Source of the DNA: Naegleria gruberi
Taxonomy: Eukaryota
Assembly (NCBI GenBank): GCA_000004985.1
Contig: GG738855.1
Strand: one strand, 5' to 3'
Length of the DNA stretch: 64,000 nt
Position 1 is the first letter of the stretch, and each line of letters starts with the position of its first letter. Below the pieces are notes generated by a model that worked only from the letters and a program-made list of their open reading frames with translations, did not search any database and was not told where the DNA came from. The translations under genes were made by a program, and so were the position numbers. Shown here one piece after another: positions 31,304 through 42,035 of the stretch.

Positions 31304-31508
31304 GATGAAACAATAATACTACCAATACTACTACAAGGGTGTAAAGGTTTAATATACACGAAAAAGGATTATTGCCAATCCCTTAGTTTGTTGTTCGGAT
31401 ATTGATGATGAAATGGCCAGCGTGTTAGTTCAGCTTGCCCAATGATGATATTTTCTTTTATAAATATTGAAAGGCAGTAAATTTTACGGTTTTTCATCTC
31501 TATGTCTA

Positions 31509-31518
31509 TTGGCGCCAA
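31509..31518. promoter_or_regulatory. TTGGCGCCAA palindrome (E2F-like) in the divergent promoter between the CK1 and GAF-domain genes
   Basis: Exact 10-mer; flanked by ..TATGTCTA and CGCCTCTCATG. Confidence 0.5.
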
Positions 31519-31925
31519 CGCCTCTCATGAAACCTTTTGGAACTATTATAAGTTTACTCACATCATCATAATTGTACATTATTCCTCTCTCTCAATAATT
31601 GCATATACTACATTCACTATTTGTGAGTGGAATGAAGACATCATCAGGACTTTATCCTAGCAAAACCTCACTTGATTTTCTTGGTATCTAGATTGCTTTA
31701 ATATATTCTACGAAACTTTTCAGTGATTGTCATTCTCAAAGACAATAAACCTAGCAACAACAACAGATTTAACGACTTTTTGTCTACAGTTTCACTATTA
31801 TCTAAGGAGAGAGAAAAAACAGCAGAAAAAAAAGAACTATCATCAACCTCTATTCGGGCTTGGTATAAAATTCATTGATACTAATCATTAACAATAATTG
31901 GATTATTGTTTCTGAACAATAAGAA

Positions 31926-34898
31926 ATGAGTACACTAGTAGGAGGAGGAAATTCCGTGAAGCTTGTCTCATCATCCTCTACAGGATCATTGACAGAAAAA
32001 CAGGCTCTTGGTACAAAATTACCAAGAAGTAGTAGTGAGTTGAGAATTACGGAAAAGACAACATTACAACCTCTCTCACCACTTTCATTCCATGATGAAG
32101 ATAACGAATTTGATGACAATAATCAACAAACTCCAGATAAAAAAGAGGAAGATAAATATCCAGAATTTAAAGTACCAGAATCGGAGTTAAAACAAACAAG
32201 TGATTATTTGAAATTTGTAGGTGATGATGTAGATTTGGATAAGGAAACAGATTCAGATCAAAGTGATGAAGAATTGGATTTAACATCAAATTCTGTTGGA
32301 GAAGATCCAAGATTGAGGAATGTCCACAATCTTCCTGAGGAATTCTTTTACAATCACGAAAAGCTGGGGAAAACAATGGATAGATTATTATCTATTTTTG
32401 ACGAAACTCTTATTTTCAAGACTGGGCAACTAATTGAATCAAAAGATAATGGAGGAAACCATCAAGTTAATATTGGTAAAGTTATTCAACCAAACATATT
32501 CTCTGAGAGTAGGAATGAGTTTGCCAAATGTTCCAAAAAAGTATCATTTCGTTTAAAGGAGATGGAGATTATTTTGAACACCAAGATTAATGATCTGAAA
32601 CAAGAATTGACCATTGCAAAGAAAGAGAAGGACGTAAAAGCACTAGAGTGGAAGGAAAGATATGATAAATTGCAAAAGAGATGGCAAGATGTAATCTCTG
32701 ACATGAACAGCTTACAAAAAGAAAAGGAAGAGATAAGAAAAGAAAGAGACTCACTCTATGGATTAGTTAGACTAAGTGAAACAATACCAGTTGTACCTCA
32801 TCACATTCAAATGCCAACATCTGTTTCTTTAAATGCATTTACTGACGAAGTTGACAAAACCCACCCTCCAATTTCTGAAACTCCTTCACTAATGACAAGT
32901 AAGGTCGAACCTGCCACTACACCAAACAGAATGACAAAAACAAATCTTTTGTCTAAGGAAATCTCTCCTAAACCCCAACGTCTGGAGATGCTTAAAGCTG
33001 TTTCCCAAAGATTGTTAACATCTATGGCGGATTCTCTCTCTTCACAAATGGCAACCATATTTCTCTATAACCCTAGGATTAACGAATTGCAAAGTTTTTG
33101 CATTGTTTGTAAATATGATTTTAACAATCCAGTATTGTATACATTAGTGGAAAATAAGAATCTAAGTAATGCAACACAATACTCGAATAATACACATATA
33201 CTGATTGGAGGACCAAAAGCATTCCCAAAGCAGATATCTGTTCCTGCAAATCAAGGAATCATTGGAGAGACCTTTGCAAAAACAACTGCTTTGAATATTT
33301 TCGATGTTCCAACATTCAAAAAGCATTACAGACAAATAGACAAAGATACTGGGCTTAAAACAAAGGTCGCAATTTCATATCCACTCATTACAAAGAAGAT
33401 GAATAATTGTTTTGGAGTTTTGGAAATTATGAATAAGACACCAAATCCAGATAATCTAGAAGAAATTGAACCTTATGACATTCAGGACGAAGCCAAAATG
33501 CATGAATATTCGACAATAATATCTGACCTTCTCGAAAGCGAAGCAGATTGCTTACCTTATTCAATTTTTGTTGGAAGAAGATCCAATACTCCCGTTGTTG
33601 CAAAAGAAAAGGATGATAAAAATACAGATCTTTCCAGGATCAATGTCACTAGGGTTTATGCACAAAATGCAATGAGAGTTTTTGAGGATTTGGAAGACTC
33701 GAGGACACCTGGAAGTCCGAGTAGCCCAGTTTCTAATCTTGCCCGTCCTACTAACGCTCTGGTTCCAAAAGATATTGAAGAGTACATTAAAAAGTTGGAA
33801 TCTTGTTGGAGGAAATCGGTGAGTGAAACAGCTCAATTCAAGAATGCTGCCACTCAATTGGAAGATCAATTAAATGACAGACAGGGGTATATCAAAAATT
33901 TGGAGAGAAAAGTTGGTGAAATGGAGAAAAATATGGAAGAAGCAAGGGATAAGATGATTTCAGACTTTAAGGAACAAAAGATTGCCAAGCAAGAGTGGAA
34001 AATTAAAGAAAATGAAATGAGAGTGGAATTGGATTTTATTAAAAAGGCTCACAATACCATTGTACAGGAACACATGTTCAGATTGAAGGAAGAAAGTATC
34101 AAGTCACTCTTACTACCTGTGAACCAGAATGAATCGAACTCTTCAAAACCTTCACCCCCACAGCCCCAACAGGAAGCTAAAAGAGATCGAGTTGAATTGC
34201 CCTATCTTGACAAGACTGTAAACCAATCGAAAAGGGTTCAAAATAATAGCACGAACAGTGGCTCCTCAAGAAAGACACCTGTAACAAAGAATGAAAGAGT
34301 CTCTATTGATTTTGCTGAGAGAAATTCTGTATACTATCCGCCAATATTTTACGAGCTTTTTTCTCAATACGCTCTCCCAACTTTGATTCTCAATAGCAAA
34401 TTTAGAATTTGGAAGTACAATGTAAGATTCCTCACTTTAATTGGTTGCAAGACTGAGCAGAACGAAATATTCCTCTCTCAAATATTGGGAATGCAATTTT
34501 CTGATATTTGTGTTGGTATTGAGGCTGATGCTCTGCCGAGACTATTGCAGTATGATGTTTTGCAAGGTTTGGGAATTGCCAAGTTGGGAAATGACAATTC
34601 AACTGATGCATTTAACTCTAATGGATCTAGGTCAGCCTCTCCAATTTTGAATAATTCAGGATTCAATACTTTAGATTTGCGATCAGACTCGAAATCTCCA
34701 ACTCAAAATCTACTTAGTAAGAAGACGTTTGTGAGAGTGACTGCCTACATCAGCAAACTAGGTCAAAATGGACAAAAGTTTTCTACCTACCAAGGAGGAT
34801 CTAAAATATCAGCCTCTCCTATCATGGATGAATCATCTGTTGGTAACAGTAATACATTAATTAAGGGACCTCTCTACAGCATTATTTTCACCAAATAA
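31926..34898 (+). CDS. Coiled-coil protein with a central GAF domain (990 aa)
   Basis: ATG at 31926. Heptad-rich segments flank ..QRLLTSMADSLSSQMATIFLYNPRINELQSFCIVCKYD..ANQGIIGETFAKTTALNIFDVPTFKKHYRQIDKDTGLKTKVAISYPLI..NCFGVLEIMNK.., a GAF-like small-molecule-binding fold. Intronless. Confidence 0.55.
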   Translation: MSTLVGGGNSVKLVSSSSTGSLTEKQALGTKLPRSSSELRITEKTTLQPLSPLSFHDEDNEFDDNNQQTPDKKEEDKYPEFKVPESELKQTSDYLKFVGDDVDLDKETDSDQSDEELDLTSNSVGEDPRLRNVHNLPEEFFYNHEKLGKTMDRLLSIFDETLIFKTGQLIESKDNGGNHQVNIGKVIQPNIFSESRNEFAKCSKKVSFRLKEMEIILNTKINDLKQELTIAKKEKDVKALEWKERYDKLQKRWQDVISDMNSLQKEKEEIRKERDSLYGLVRLSETIPVVPHHIQMPTSVSLNAFTDEVDKTHPPISETPSLMTSKVEPATTPNRMTKTNLLSKEISPKPQRLEMLKAVSQRLLTSMADSLSSQMATIFLYNPRINELQSFCIVCKYDFNNPVLYTLVENKNLSNATQYSNNTHILIGGPKAFPKQISVPANQGIIGETFAKTTALNIFDVPTFKKHYRQIDKDTGLKTKVAISYPLITKKMNNCFGVLEIMNKTPNPDNLEEIEPYDIQDEAKMHEYSTIISDLLESEADCLPYSIFVGRRSNTPVVAKEKDDKNTDLSRINVTRVYAQNAMRVFEDLEDSRTPGSPSSPVSNLARPTNALVPKDIEEYIKKLESCWRKSVSETAQFKNAATQLEDQLNDRQGYIKNLERKVGEMEKNMEEARDKMISDFKEQKIAKQEWKIKENEMRVELDFIKKAHNTIVQEHMFRLKEESIKSLLLPVNQNESNSSKPSPPQPQQEAKRDRVELPYLDKTVNQSKRVQNNSTNSGSSRKTPVTKNERVSIDFAERNSVYYPPIFYELFSQYALPTLILNSKFRIWKYNVRFLTLIGCKTEQNEIFLSQILGMQFSDICVGIEADALPRLLQYDVLQGLGIAKLGNDNSTDAFNSNGSRSASPILNNSGFNTLDLRSDSKSPTQNLLSKKTFVRVTAYISKLGQNGQKFSTYQGGSKISASPIMDESSVGNSNTLIKGPLYSIIFTK

Positions 34899-34996
34899 CA
34901 ATAAAGAGTCGCACTTAATTTGAAACCCACTTTCTCCTTTGTTACAAAAAAAGATTCCAAACAATATCTTGTTCTCTAATGAAAACCGATTAACTG

Positions 34997-37813
34997 TTGG
35001 TTTGCCACACAATGACCGAACATGATCATCATGAAGAAGAGAACAAACATGCTACTAGTTTACCGACAGGTTCCATAGAATTGGATGAAGTCATAACAAC
35101 AATTTCAACGACAAATAATCAATTGCAACAAACTTCTAATAACCATTCCGAAAATTCATCATCAAATCATTCTTCAACAACCTCTACAACAACTCGGAAT
35201 CACCCTAACCTTCCGGAAATAATAATTCCAAAGAATGAAGATATTATCGTAGCCATTTCCAAACATCATACCTCTCCAAATTCTCACCATATTCCCAATA
35301 ATAATACATCTACAGATATTGTCTTTGAGGATAATGGTGAATCCAATACTAGTTTTATGAATACAGAAGATGATATAATTTCAGATTCAACACAAGAGGA
35401 AAACCTCTATGATGATATTGTTCTATCAAATCCGACCCAACCAAACTCTGCGCGATCCAATAGTAACAATAGTACGGCAACAACAACAAGTAGTAACCAA
35501 CCCTCTCCTCTTCAACAATTAAACATTCAGCCCCATCATCAAATACAGGATGGTAGAGTTTCTCCCTCTGCAAATCCCTATCCGACAAGTTCTAATTCAT
35601 CAATTAAACAACAACATTCGGTAATCACGACTCCATCTCCTCCTTCGATTCCTTTTTCATCAGCTGCTACAAGACACCATGTAAATAATAATACACCAAC
35701 ATCATCACTACACAAACATACCACCACTACACCAACCGTAAATATATCAAGACATTATAGTGGCACCAGTAACAAATCTGATATTATCAGTATTGAATCA
35801 TCTTACTCTGAAACTTCGAGTTACAAAGCTAAAAGACATAGAGAAAGGAATATACAATACCAAACCAATACTGTATCTGAAAGGTCAAACAATTCTCATA
35901 GACAATCCAAATTACCTCCCTCTCTCATTTCTGATTTTACACCAAATAGAAACTCTCTAGTAAGGTTTCAAGAAGATAATATCATTGATAATAATTTACA
36001 TCATCAAATTTCCAAGAGACTCACATCCTCTCCAAGGGCTGAAGATGATCAAAGAATGATTGCAAGCAATTTCTTCACCAATGCCTCAGTGCCTAATCTT
36101 TTATCAATTGGAAGTAATATTTTCTTTTCTGGAAACAAGACCTCTACTGTCACAAGTAATAATGTAGACAAGTATAAGGATACTACAAATGTTCTAAGCT
36201 TACCAGATAATATTATGCTGCACATTTTCTCATTTGTTGGAATTCAATATGCAGAGGATAACAATTACAACATGCTCTGTAAGAGGTGGTATGTCTTGTT
36301 GTGCTTGGATTATTTGTGGAAGGAGAGATACTTTAATTTTTTCAATTCGAGATCAATTCAAGCAAATCCAATGCTTCTTTCATATTCTAAAGATTTTGAT
36401 TTTCCTCAAAGAAGCAAATTTAGATATAATTTAATCTTATTGAGAAAGAAGAAGCACCTCCTCAAGCAACGTCTTCTATCTCAAAACAGACACGAAAAAT
36501 CAAGAAGATACTTCCTATTCAACTCATTTGTATTGAATCCATTAGTTGCAATAATATGTTTCATGATTTCCACTGTAGTGTTTGGCCTACAAGAGGATGG
36601 TGTAATTCCAAAGAATGATAGAAATACTTTACTCTTTGTTTTTTTGCCTTTCTTCACATCATTCCTGTTTTCCATTGTTGGAAATGTTTCACTTGGTTTG
36701 AGAGAGACCATTTTCTGCAAGAATGGATTTTATGACATTTCTCACTTTATCCATTTTCTTGTTATTGTACTCGGACAGTACACATTCTATTTTTGCTCTT
36801 TACTGTTTGGTTTAAAGTGGTTTTGGTTTAAAACCTCTTTATGGACTTCCTTCTCCATTCCATGCCTTTGTATCTATATCATGTTTGTTGGATTTTGCTT
36901 TGCATATATTTTGCATAAGTATGTCAAAAGAAGAATTCAATTCCAAGATATGAGAAAGGATAGACCCAACCTGAGTGTAAATAGTCCTGAATACTTTTAT
37001 TTTGCTTATAGACTGAGATCTCATAAGAGAAGAGAATTCTACTCAAAAGCCAAATATATTGCACAACCATACGATGATGATTTTATAGAGTTGAGTGAAG
37101 ATGAAGATATGGGAAATGATACAGATGAGGATCTTGAGGATACTTTTGATGACTCTACTGCATTTGATGATGAAACTGAAACAACATCAAGAAAAACTGA
37201 TGAAATGGTTTCAACACCAAAGACCAGGGAAAGAAAGAAAGAGACAGCCAAGCTTTCTGTCTTTAAAGAGTTTGATAATCAAATGCATATTCAAGATATT
37301 ACTGACATATCCACACTTACCATTATTGTATTTATATTTCTCATACTATTTATGGTAGGATTGGAGATGATTCTGGTACCCCTCAAAATTGATGGGATTA
37401 TTGTATCTTCTTGGAGTTCTGTGTTTGTACCTCTATGGATAGTAATGTTCATTCTTTTATGTGGATTGCCGTCGTGGATAACATGGGAAATTTGCACCAA
37501 AACCAATTTAGACAAGAAAACAATAAGCACTTCAGTGGATGTCATTACTGAAGAATTTTCAAAGGCAACCACCAAAAATAAGAATGACCCAGAAAGATAC
37601 CAACGAGCATATTATTCGTTTGTTGCATGTCCATGGTGTTTTACCATTCCATTGTTTGTTGCTTTGGTTGTTCTTGCAGCCACTCTTGATGGAGCCAACA
37701 TTCCATATGTTGTTTCCTGTGCATTATTTGCATTTTGTGAGTTTGTAATTGGTGGCCTTTACTTGATGATTGTTATACCTTATACTCTAGCACACAACGT
37801 TTGGGATGTTTGA
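34997..37813 (+). CDS. F-box-like domain protein with low-complexity N-terminus and two clusters of transmembrane helices (paralogue of 19945..22182)
   Basis: Long S/T/N/H-rich N-terminus. F-box-like LSLPDNIMLHIFSFVGIQYAEDNNYNMLCKRWYVLLCLDYLWKERYF. About 6 TM helices follow, then an acidic D/E tract and about 5 more TM helices. Intronless. Domain order matches the gene at 19945..22182. Confidence 0.55.
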   Translation: MVCHTMTEHDHHEEENKHATSLPTGSIELDEVITTISTTNNQLQQTSNNHSENSSSNHSSTTSTTTRNHPNLPEIIIPKNEDIIVAISKHHTSPNSHHIPNNNTSTDIVFEDNGESNTSFMNTEDDIISDSTQEENLYDDIVLSNPTQPNSARSNSNNSTATTTSSNQPSPLQQLNIQPHHQIQDGRVSPSANPYPTSSNSSIKQQHSVITTPSPPSIPFSSAATRHHVNNNTPTSSLHKHTTTTPTVNISRHYSGTSNKSDIISIESSYSETSSYKAKRHRERNIQYQTNTVSERSNNSHRQSKLPPSLISDFTPNRNSLVRFQEDNIIDNNLHHQISKRLTSSPRAEDDQRMIASNFFTNASVPNLLSIGSNIFFSGNKTSTVTSNNVDKYKDTTNVLSLPDNIMLHIFSFVGIQYAEDNNYNMLCKRWYVLLCLDYLWKERYFNFFNSRSIQANPMLLSYSKDFDFPQRSKFRYNLILLRKKKHLLKQRLLSQNRHEKSRRYFLFNSFVLNPLVAIICFMISTVVFGLQEDGVIPKNDRNTLLFVFLPFFTSFLFSIVGNVSLGLRETIFCKNGFYDISHFIHFLVIVLGQYTFYFCSLLFGLKWFWFKTSLWTSFSIPCLCIYIMFVGFCFAYILHKYVKRRIQFQDMRKDRPNLSVNSPEYFYFAYRLRSHKRREFYSKAKYIAQPYDDDFIELSEDEDMGNDTDEDLEDTFDDSTAFDDETETTSRKTDEMVSTPKTRERKKETAKLSVFKEFDNQMHIQDITDISTLTIIVFIFLILFMVGLEMILVPLKIDGIIVSSWSSVFVPLWIVMFILLCGLPSWITWEICTKTNLDKKTISTSVDVITEEFSKATTKNKNDPERYQRAYYSFVACPWCFTIPLFVALVVLAATLDGANIPYVVSCALFAFCEFVIGGLYLMIVIPYTLAHNVWDV

Positions 37814-38041
37814 GATTCTTTATTTGCCAAATCCAAATGAAATTCAAAATATCCTCCGTCAAAATAAATTTAAAAATGACAAGTGAATCTCAATTTAAGT
37901 AAGAGAGAATAAAGGGATTGAAATCATTGAATTTGTAATGCTCGCCCTTAGTTTAGAGTCATACAGACAGTGCGCGTATGTTATAATGTTTCACCTCTTA
38001 AACATGCAATATTCAAATTTAAACAAATCAAATAGAGAAAG

Positions 38042-39446
38042 TTGAAAAAAATTAATTCAAACATCATGAATACTCAACACCTTTCTAATGAGCCATTCCA
38101 TAACACAATACCCTACCTGGAGCTTCTAGGCGTAACTGAATCTCTGGCCAGCAATTCAACAAGTAGCAGCAAAGGTATCAATTTTACTTCTGGCAAAATA
38201 CCTGAAGCTGCTGAAAACATTGGAAGTCTGGTCAATTCTGGCTTCTTCATATTGACTTTAGTTCCTGTTTTTATCATCCTAATTGCCTTTTATTATAAAC
38301 AAAGACAAGAGATGAAACGTAACCAGAGATTACTTTTCATTCTCGTGGCCATCCTAATTGTGGTGGAGGTTGTTGGGTTGTGCATTAGAGTTGTCTACAA
38401 TGCAACTGCACTTCACATGAACCAAATCGATTGGCAATCACTGCCTGACTTGCCTAGTTACAGAATTGTATTGTGGATTTCAGGTGTCTTGGAAAATGCT
38501 ATTGTCTATTCAGTCGTTGTAGCCATCACACTCATTATGGCCTTCGTTCAAGATATTTTGTAAGTTTATCACATTTATTCATGTTGAAATATTAAAGTTA
38601 TTTAGTTTGACAACTGCTGCAGCTGCTGGTTCCATGTCTAAAAAAGTTTACAGAAGATTACGTTACTCACTCATTGTTTTCTCAGTTGTGGCTTCCATCA
38701 TCTTGGGTCTTGTCATTGTAATTAATGCAACACTCAATTTACTAGTGAAAATGTCTATTATTGATAAGAATGCTGGTATTCCACTCCAAGTAGTTCTTTT
38801 AATTGTTTATTTCCTCACAAGTGTCCTCACACTCATTGTATTTTCAATTGTGGCAATCAGATTAATTGGTATTGTGAAAAAAACTTCAAGCAACATTTCC
38901 AGTGCAGTTTCTCCAACTCAAAAGAAGAAACAAAAAAAGGATGTGCCTTATATGAAGATTGTTGGCTTAATGTTTGGTATGATTATCAGTTCCTTCTTTC
39001 AAATCTTGTCAGCAATTATTGGCTTCCTCACCTCTTCATTTGCAGGATATTTACACATTTTGGACTATTTCTGCCAAGCTGTTGGTATTCTAATCTTTGT
39101 CGTTTTCGTTTTATTGTTGTACAATCCATTGTGGAGACGTGAAGTTGCTGAAGATCAACAACGTGCTTTGGATGATACTCAAACAGATACCTCTTCTCAC
39201 ACTCATCCAAATGCAACAAGAAAGAGTTTGAAAATTGAAACTACTTCCAAAATGCAACAATTAGATGATTTGGAAATGACACCTGTCTCACCAATGGTGC
39301 AATCTCCAAAGGCAGAGACAATCACAACAATGAGTGGAGCTGGAGAGGGTTCATCACTAGCTAATTCAATCGTTAATGGAGAATCTCAAGATGAAAACTC
39401 TCATTCTTTGATGGGAAATACTGAAACACCTCAATCTGTTGTTTAA
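38042..39446 (+). CDS. Seven-transmembrane (receptor-like) membrane protein with long Ser/Thr-rich C-terminal tail, 2 exons (38042-38559, 38606-39446)
   Basis: ATG at 38042. A 46-nt intron (GTAAGT...TATTTAG) joins ..AFVQDIF|LTTAAAAGSMSKKVY.. Seven hydrophobic helices in total (3 in exon 1, 4 in exon 2), then a roughly 110-aa hydrophilic tail. No family signature recognised. Confidence 0.5.
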
Positions 39447-39614
39447 GCTAAGATCACGTCATAACAGCTATTATTGTATCATATATCCTCAAAACATTAA
39501 GAAATAACCCTTTAAATATGAAATGCAGAGTCTATTAATAAATATTGATTTTATTCGCTTTCAAAATTTTGTAATCTCTATATTTTGTTTTTCAACCAGG
39601 TCAATTGAATTAAT

Positions 39615-40811
39615 TTAAGCAAGACGTTCAATAACAACTGCTGAAGCACCACCACCACCATTACAAATGGAAGCACAACCAATTTCTTGATTTCTATGTT
39701 GGAGAGCACTGATCAAAGTACAGAGAATTCTAGCACCTGAACAACCAATTGGGTGACCCAATGAAACAGCACCACCAAAGATGTTTACATTACTAACATC
39801 CAATCCAAGAATCTTCATATTAGCAAGGGCAACAACAGAGAAAGCTTCATTAACTTCCCACAAATCAACATCACCAATATTAACACCAGCATGTCTCAAA
39901 GCAATTGGAACAGCAGCAGAAGGAGCAGTTGGGAAATCAATTGGAGCCTTTTCAGCATCACCATAACCCAAAATTCTAGCAATTGGCTTCAAACCAGCAT
40001 TCTTGGCCTTTTGTTCACTCATCAAAACTAAAGCAGCACCACCATCAGACAGTGTGGAAGCATTGGCAGCGGTGACAGTACCATCCTTCATAAAAACTGG
40101 CTTGAGTTGTGGAACCTTATCAAAGTTAATGTTAGTATATTCTTCATCTTTTTGGAGATAGCTGACAACATCACCCTTCTTCTTTGTTGGAAGAGCAATC
40201 GAGAACATTTCATTAGCCATATATCCCTTTTCATTAGCTTCACGAGCTCTATTATATGATTCAATTGCATAGTTATCTTGATCTTCACGAGTAATACCAA
40301 ATGATTTGGCAGTATGTTCAGCACACCAACCCATATGTTCATTACTGAAGGCATCAGTCAAACCATCCTTCAAAATTGAGTCAACCAATTTACCATCACC
40401 TAATCTGTGACCAGATCTTCCGTGTGGAACATAATATGGTGCATTACTCATAGATTCAAAACCACCAGCAACAACACAATTATGGATTCCTAATTCAATT
40501 GATTGAGTACCATACATGACAGCCTTCATACCAGAAGCACACATCTTGTTGAGTGTTGTACAAACGACACTATCTGGAAGACCAGCATGAATACAAGCTT
40601 GGCGAGCTGGAGCTTGACCCAAATTAGCAGAAATAACATTGCCCATAATTACTTCTTGTACTTCGGAGAGTGTAACACCTGATTTTTGAAGGGCAGAACG
40701 AATGGCCAATGAACCTAATTTTGGTGCATCAAATCCAGAGAGTTTACCAAGGAAGGAACCGATTGGTGTTCTTTGAGCGGCAACAATAACAGCACGAGTC
40801 TTTAAAGTCAT
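39615..40811 (-). CDS. Acetyl-CoA C-acetyltransferase (acetoacetyl-CoA thiolase)
   Basis: True ATG at 40811 (MTLKTRAVIVAAQRTPIGSFLGKL); the track start at 40925 is a TTG in the leader. Signatures NKMCASGMKAV (active-site Cys), GHPIGCSGARIL and CNGGGGASAVVIE. Intronless, about 398 aa. Confidence 0.9.
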   Translation of the reverse strand: MTLKTRAVIVAAQRTPIGSFLGKLSGFDAPKLGSLAIRSALQKSGVTLSEVQEVIMGNVISANLGQAPARQACIHAGLPDSVVCTTLNKMCASGMKAVMYGTQSIELGIHNCVVAGGFESMSNAPYYVPHGRSGHRLGDGKLVDSILKDGLTDAFSNEHMGWCAEHTAKSFGITREDQDNYAIESYNRAREANEKGYMANEMFSIALPTKKKGDVVSYLQKDEEYTNINFDKVPQLKPVFMKDGTVTAANASTLSDGGAALVLMSEQKAKNAGLKPIARILGYGDAEKAPIDFPTAPSAAVPIALRHAGVNIGDVDLWEVNEAFSVVALANMKILGLDVSNVNIFGGAVSLGHPIGCSGARILCTLISALQHRNQEIGCASICNGGGGASAVVIERLA

Positions 40812-40948
40812 TTTTTTATAATAATTTAATAAATAAATTTTCGCGTTTTTCCATTCAACCAAGAGTATGGACCATTTTAGTTTTGGAAGGAAAAGCGGAT
40901 CTCCATTTTGTAAAGTTAAGCTCAATTGAAATTAATTAATTGAATAAG

Positions 40949-41911
40949 CTAATTGAAAATCTTCCAAATGCCTCTGATTGACTTTTGGTGAACAGCATAT
41001 GGAACCTCAAGAAGACCTCTCAACATTTTCATAATATCTAACCCCATTGTTAAACCGATAATACCAGCAATAGAACCCAATAAACCTGGAATATCTGTCG
41101 ATAGGACTTCATCAATAACTTGAACATCAAGCGTTCCATAAGAGACAGAGATAATAATATCTGCAGAACTGGCATTCGATATTTTGATTTGTGACAAGGT
41201 TGGCTCCCACAGTGTAGTTGAATTCCCATCAAGAAAGTTCTTTGTCACCTTATTCAGAGTATACATATTATCCTTGTATGGAGAAGCAAATTGTGTCTCT
41301 GCAAAAATGTCAGCTTCAGCAGCTATTTCATGGAATGAAATCTGAGCACCATATTTCCCTGCAGTAGGAGCTTTCATTTTAAAGTTCAATGATATTGATC
41401 CTCCAAATCCTGCAGTTGATGTTGTCTTAATACTCTTAATTTCATTATTAAGAAAATAACAATTAAATTTCAGTCCAGAAGTTACAATCTCCTTCTTTTG
41501 ATTTGTAATGGTTGTTGAAGACTTTACTCCAGAGCTGGAGTAAGAATAAGCTCCAGTAAAAGTAATATCACAATAATCACAAGCTTCGGAAGGAGGCTTG
41601 GCATTATAATTACAAATGGTCATCCCAGGAAATTCCATCTTATCCTGAGTGACATACGAGATTGTTGTTGTAGGCTGGTTTTTACTCTTCTCATAGGTAT
41701 CCGATACGTCATAAATATACCAGCCACTAAATCCTAGAAAAATCAACCAACCAATAATTGCGAAAATATCCCTTACTGCAAATTTCCATTTCTTTTTAGG
41801 AGCAGCTGGAGCAGAAATTTGTATACCTATTTTCTCTCCAACCTTTTCAACTCCTTCTACAAGAGTATGCACGGGAACAGTTGAATTCATTTTTTTAAGC
41901 ATGTAGTTCAT
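40949..41911 (-). CDS. Compact two-TM membrane protein with ENaC/degenerin-like motifs (paralogue 1)
   Basis: ATG at 41911. TM1 (IFAIIGWLIFLGFSGWYIY) is followed by ..DKMEFPGMTICNYN.. (compare ENaC/ASIC post-TM1 FPAVTxCN). A Cys-containing ectodomain follows. Pre-TM2 ..GSIAGIIGLTMGLDIMKM.. resembles ENaC/ASIC GG..GLF.G.S.L. About 320 aa. Confidence 0.45.
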   Translation of the reverse strand: MNYMLKKMNSTVPVHTLVEGVEKVGEKIGIQISAPAAPKKKWKFAVRDIFAIIGWLIFLGFSGWYIYDVSDTYEKSKNQPTTTISYVTQDKMEFPGMTICNYNAKPPSEACDYCDITFTGAYSYSSSGVKSSTTITNQKKEIVTSGLKFNCYFLNNEIKSIKTTSTAGFGGSISLNFKMKAPTAGKYGAQISFHEIAAEADIFAETQFASPYKDNMYTLNKVTKNFLDGNSTTLWEPTLSQIKISNASSADIIISVSYGTLDVQVIDEVLSTDIPGLLGSIAGIIGLTMGLDIMKMLRGLLEVPYAVHQKSIRGIWKIFN

Positions 41912-42035
41912 ATTGTATTTGGGGTGTTTCTACAGAGAGTGTATGAACTTGAACATAAAAGCGGGAGATGAATGGCTTCTCGATTATGTTTATTAAATTC
42001 ATAATGTATTATATTACATTGTTGGTTATTAAACC

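Noticed and set aside
37820-38040. Intergenic regions scanned for tRNA/snRNA-like cloverleaf or box motifs (e.g. 31310-31920, 37820-38040, 47790-48000, 63200-63600)
   Set aside because: No acceptor-stem/T-loop (GTTCRANYC) patterns or A/B box pairs were seen. No RNA gene is called.
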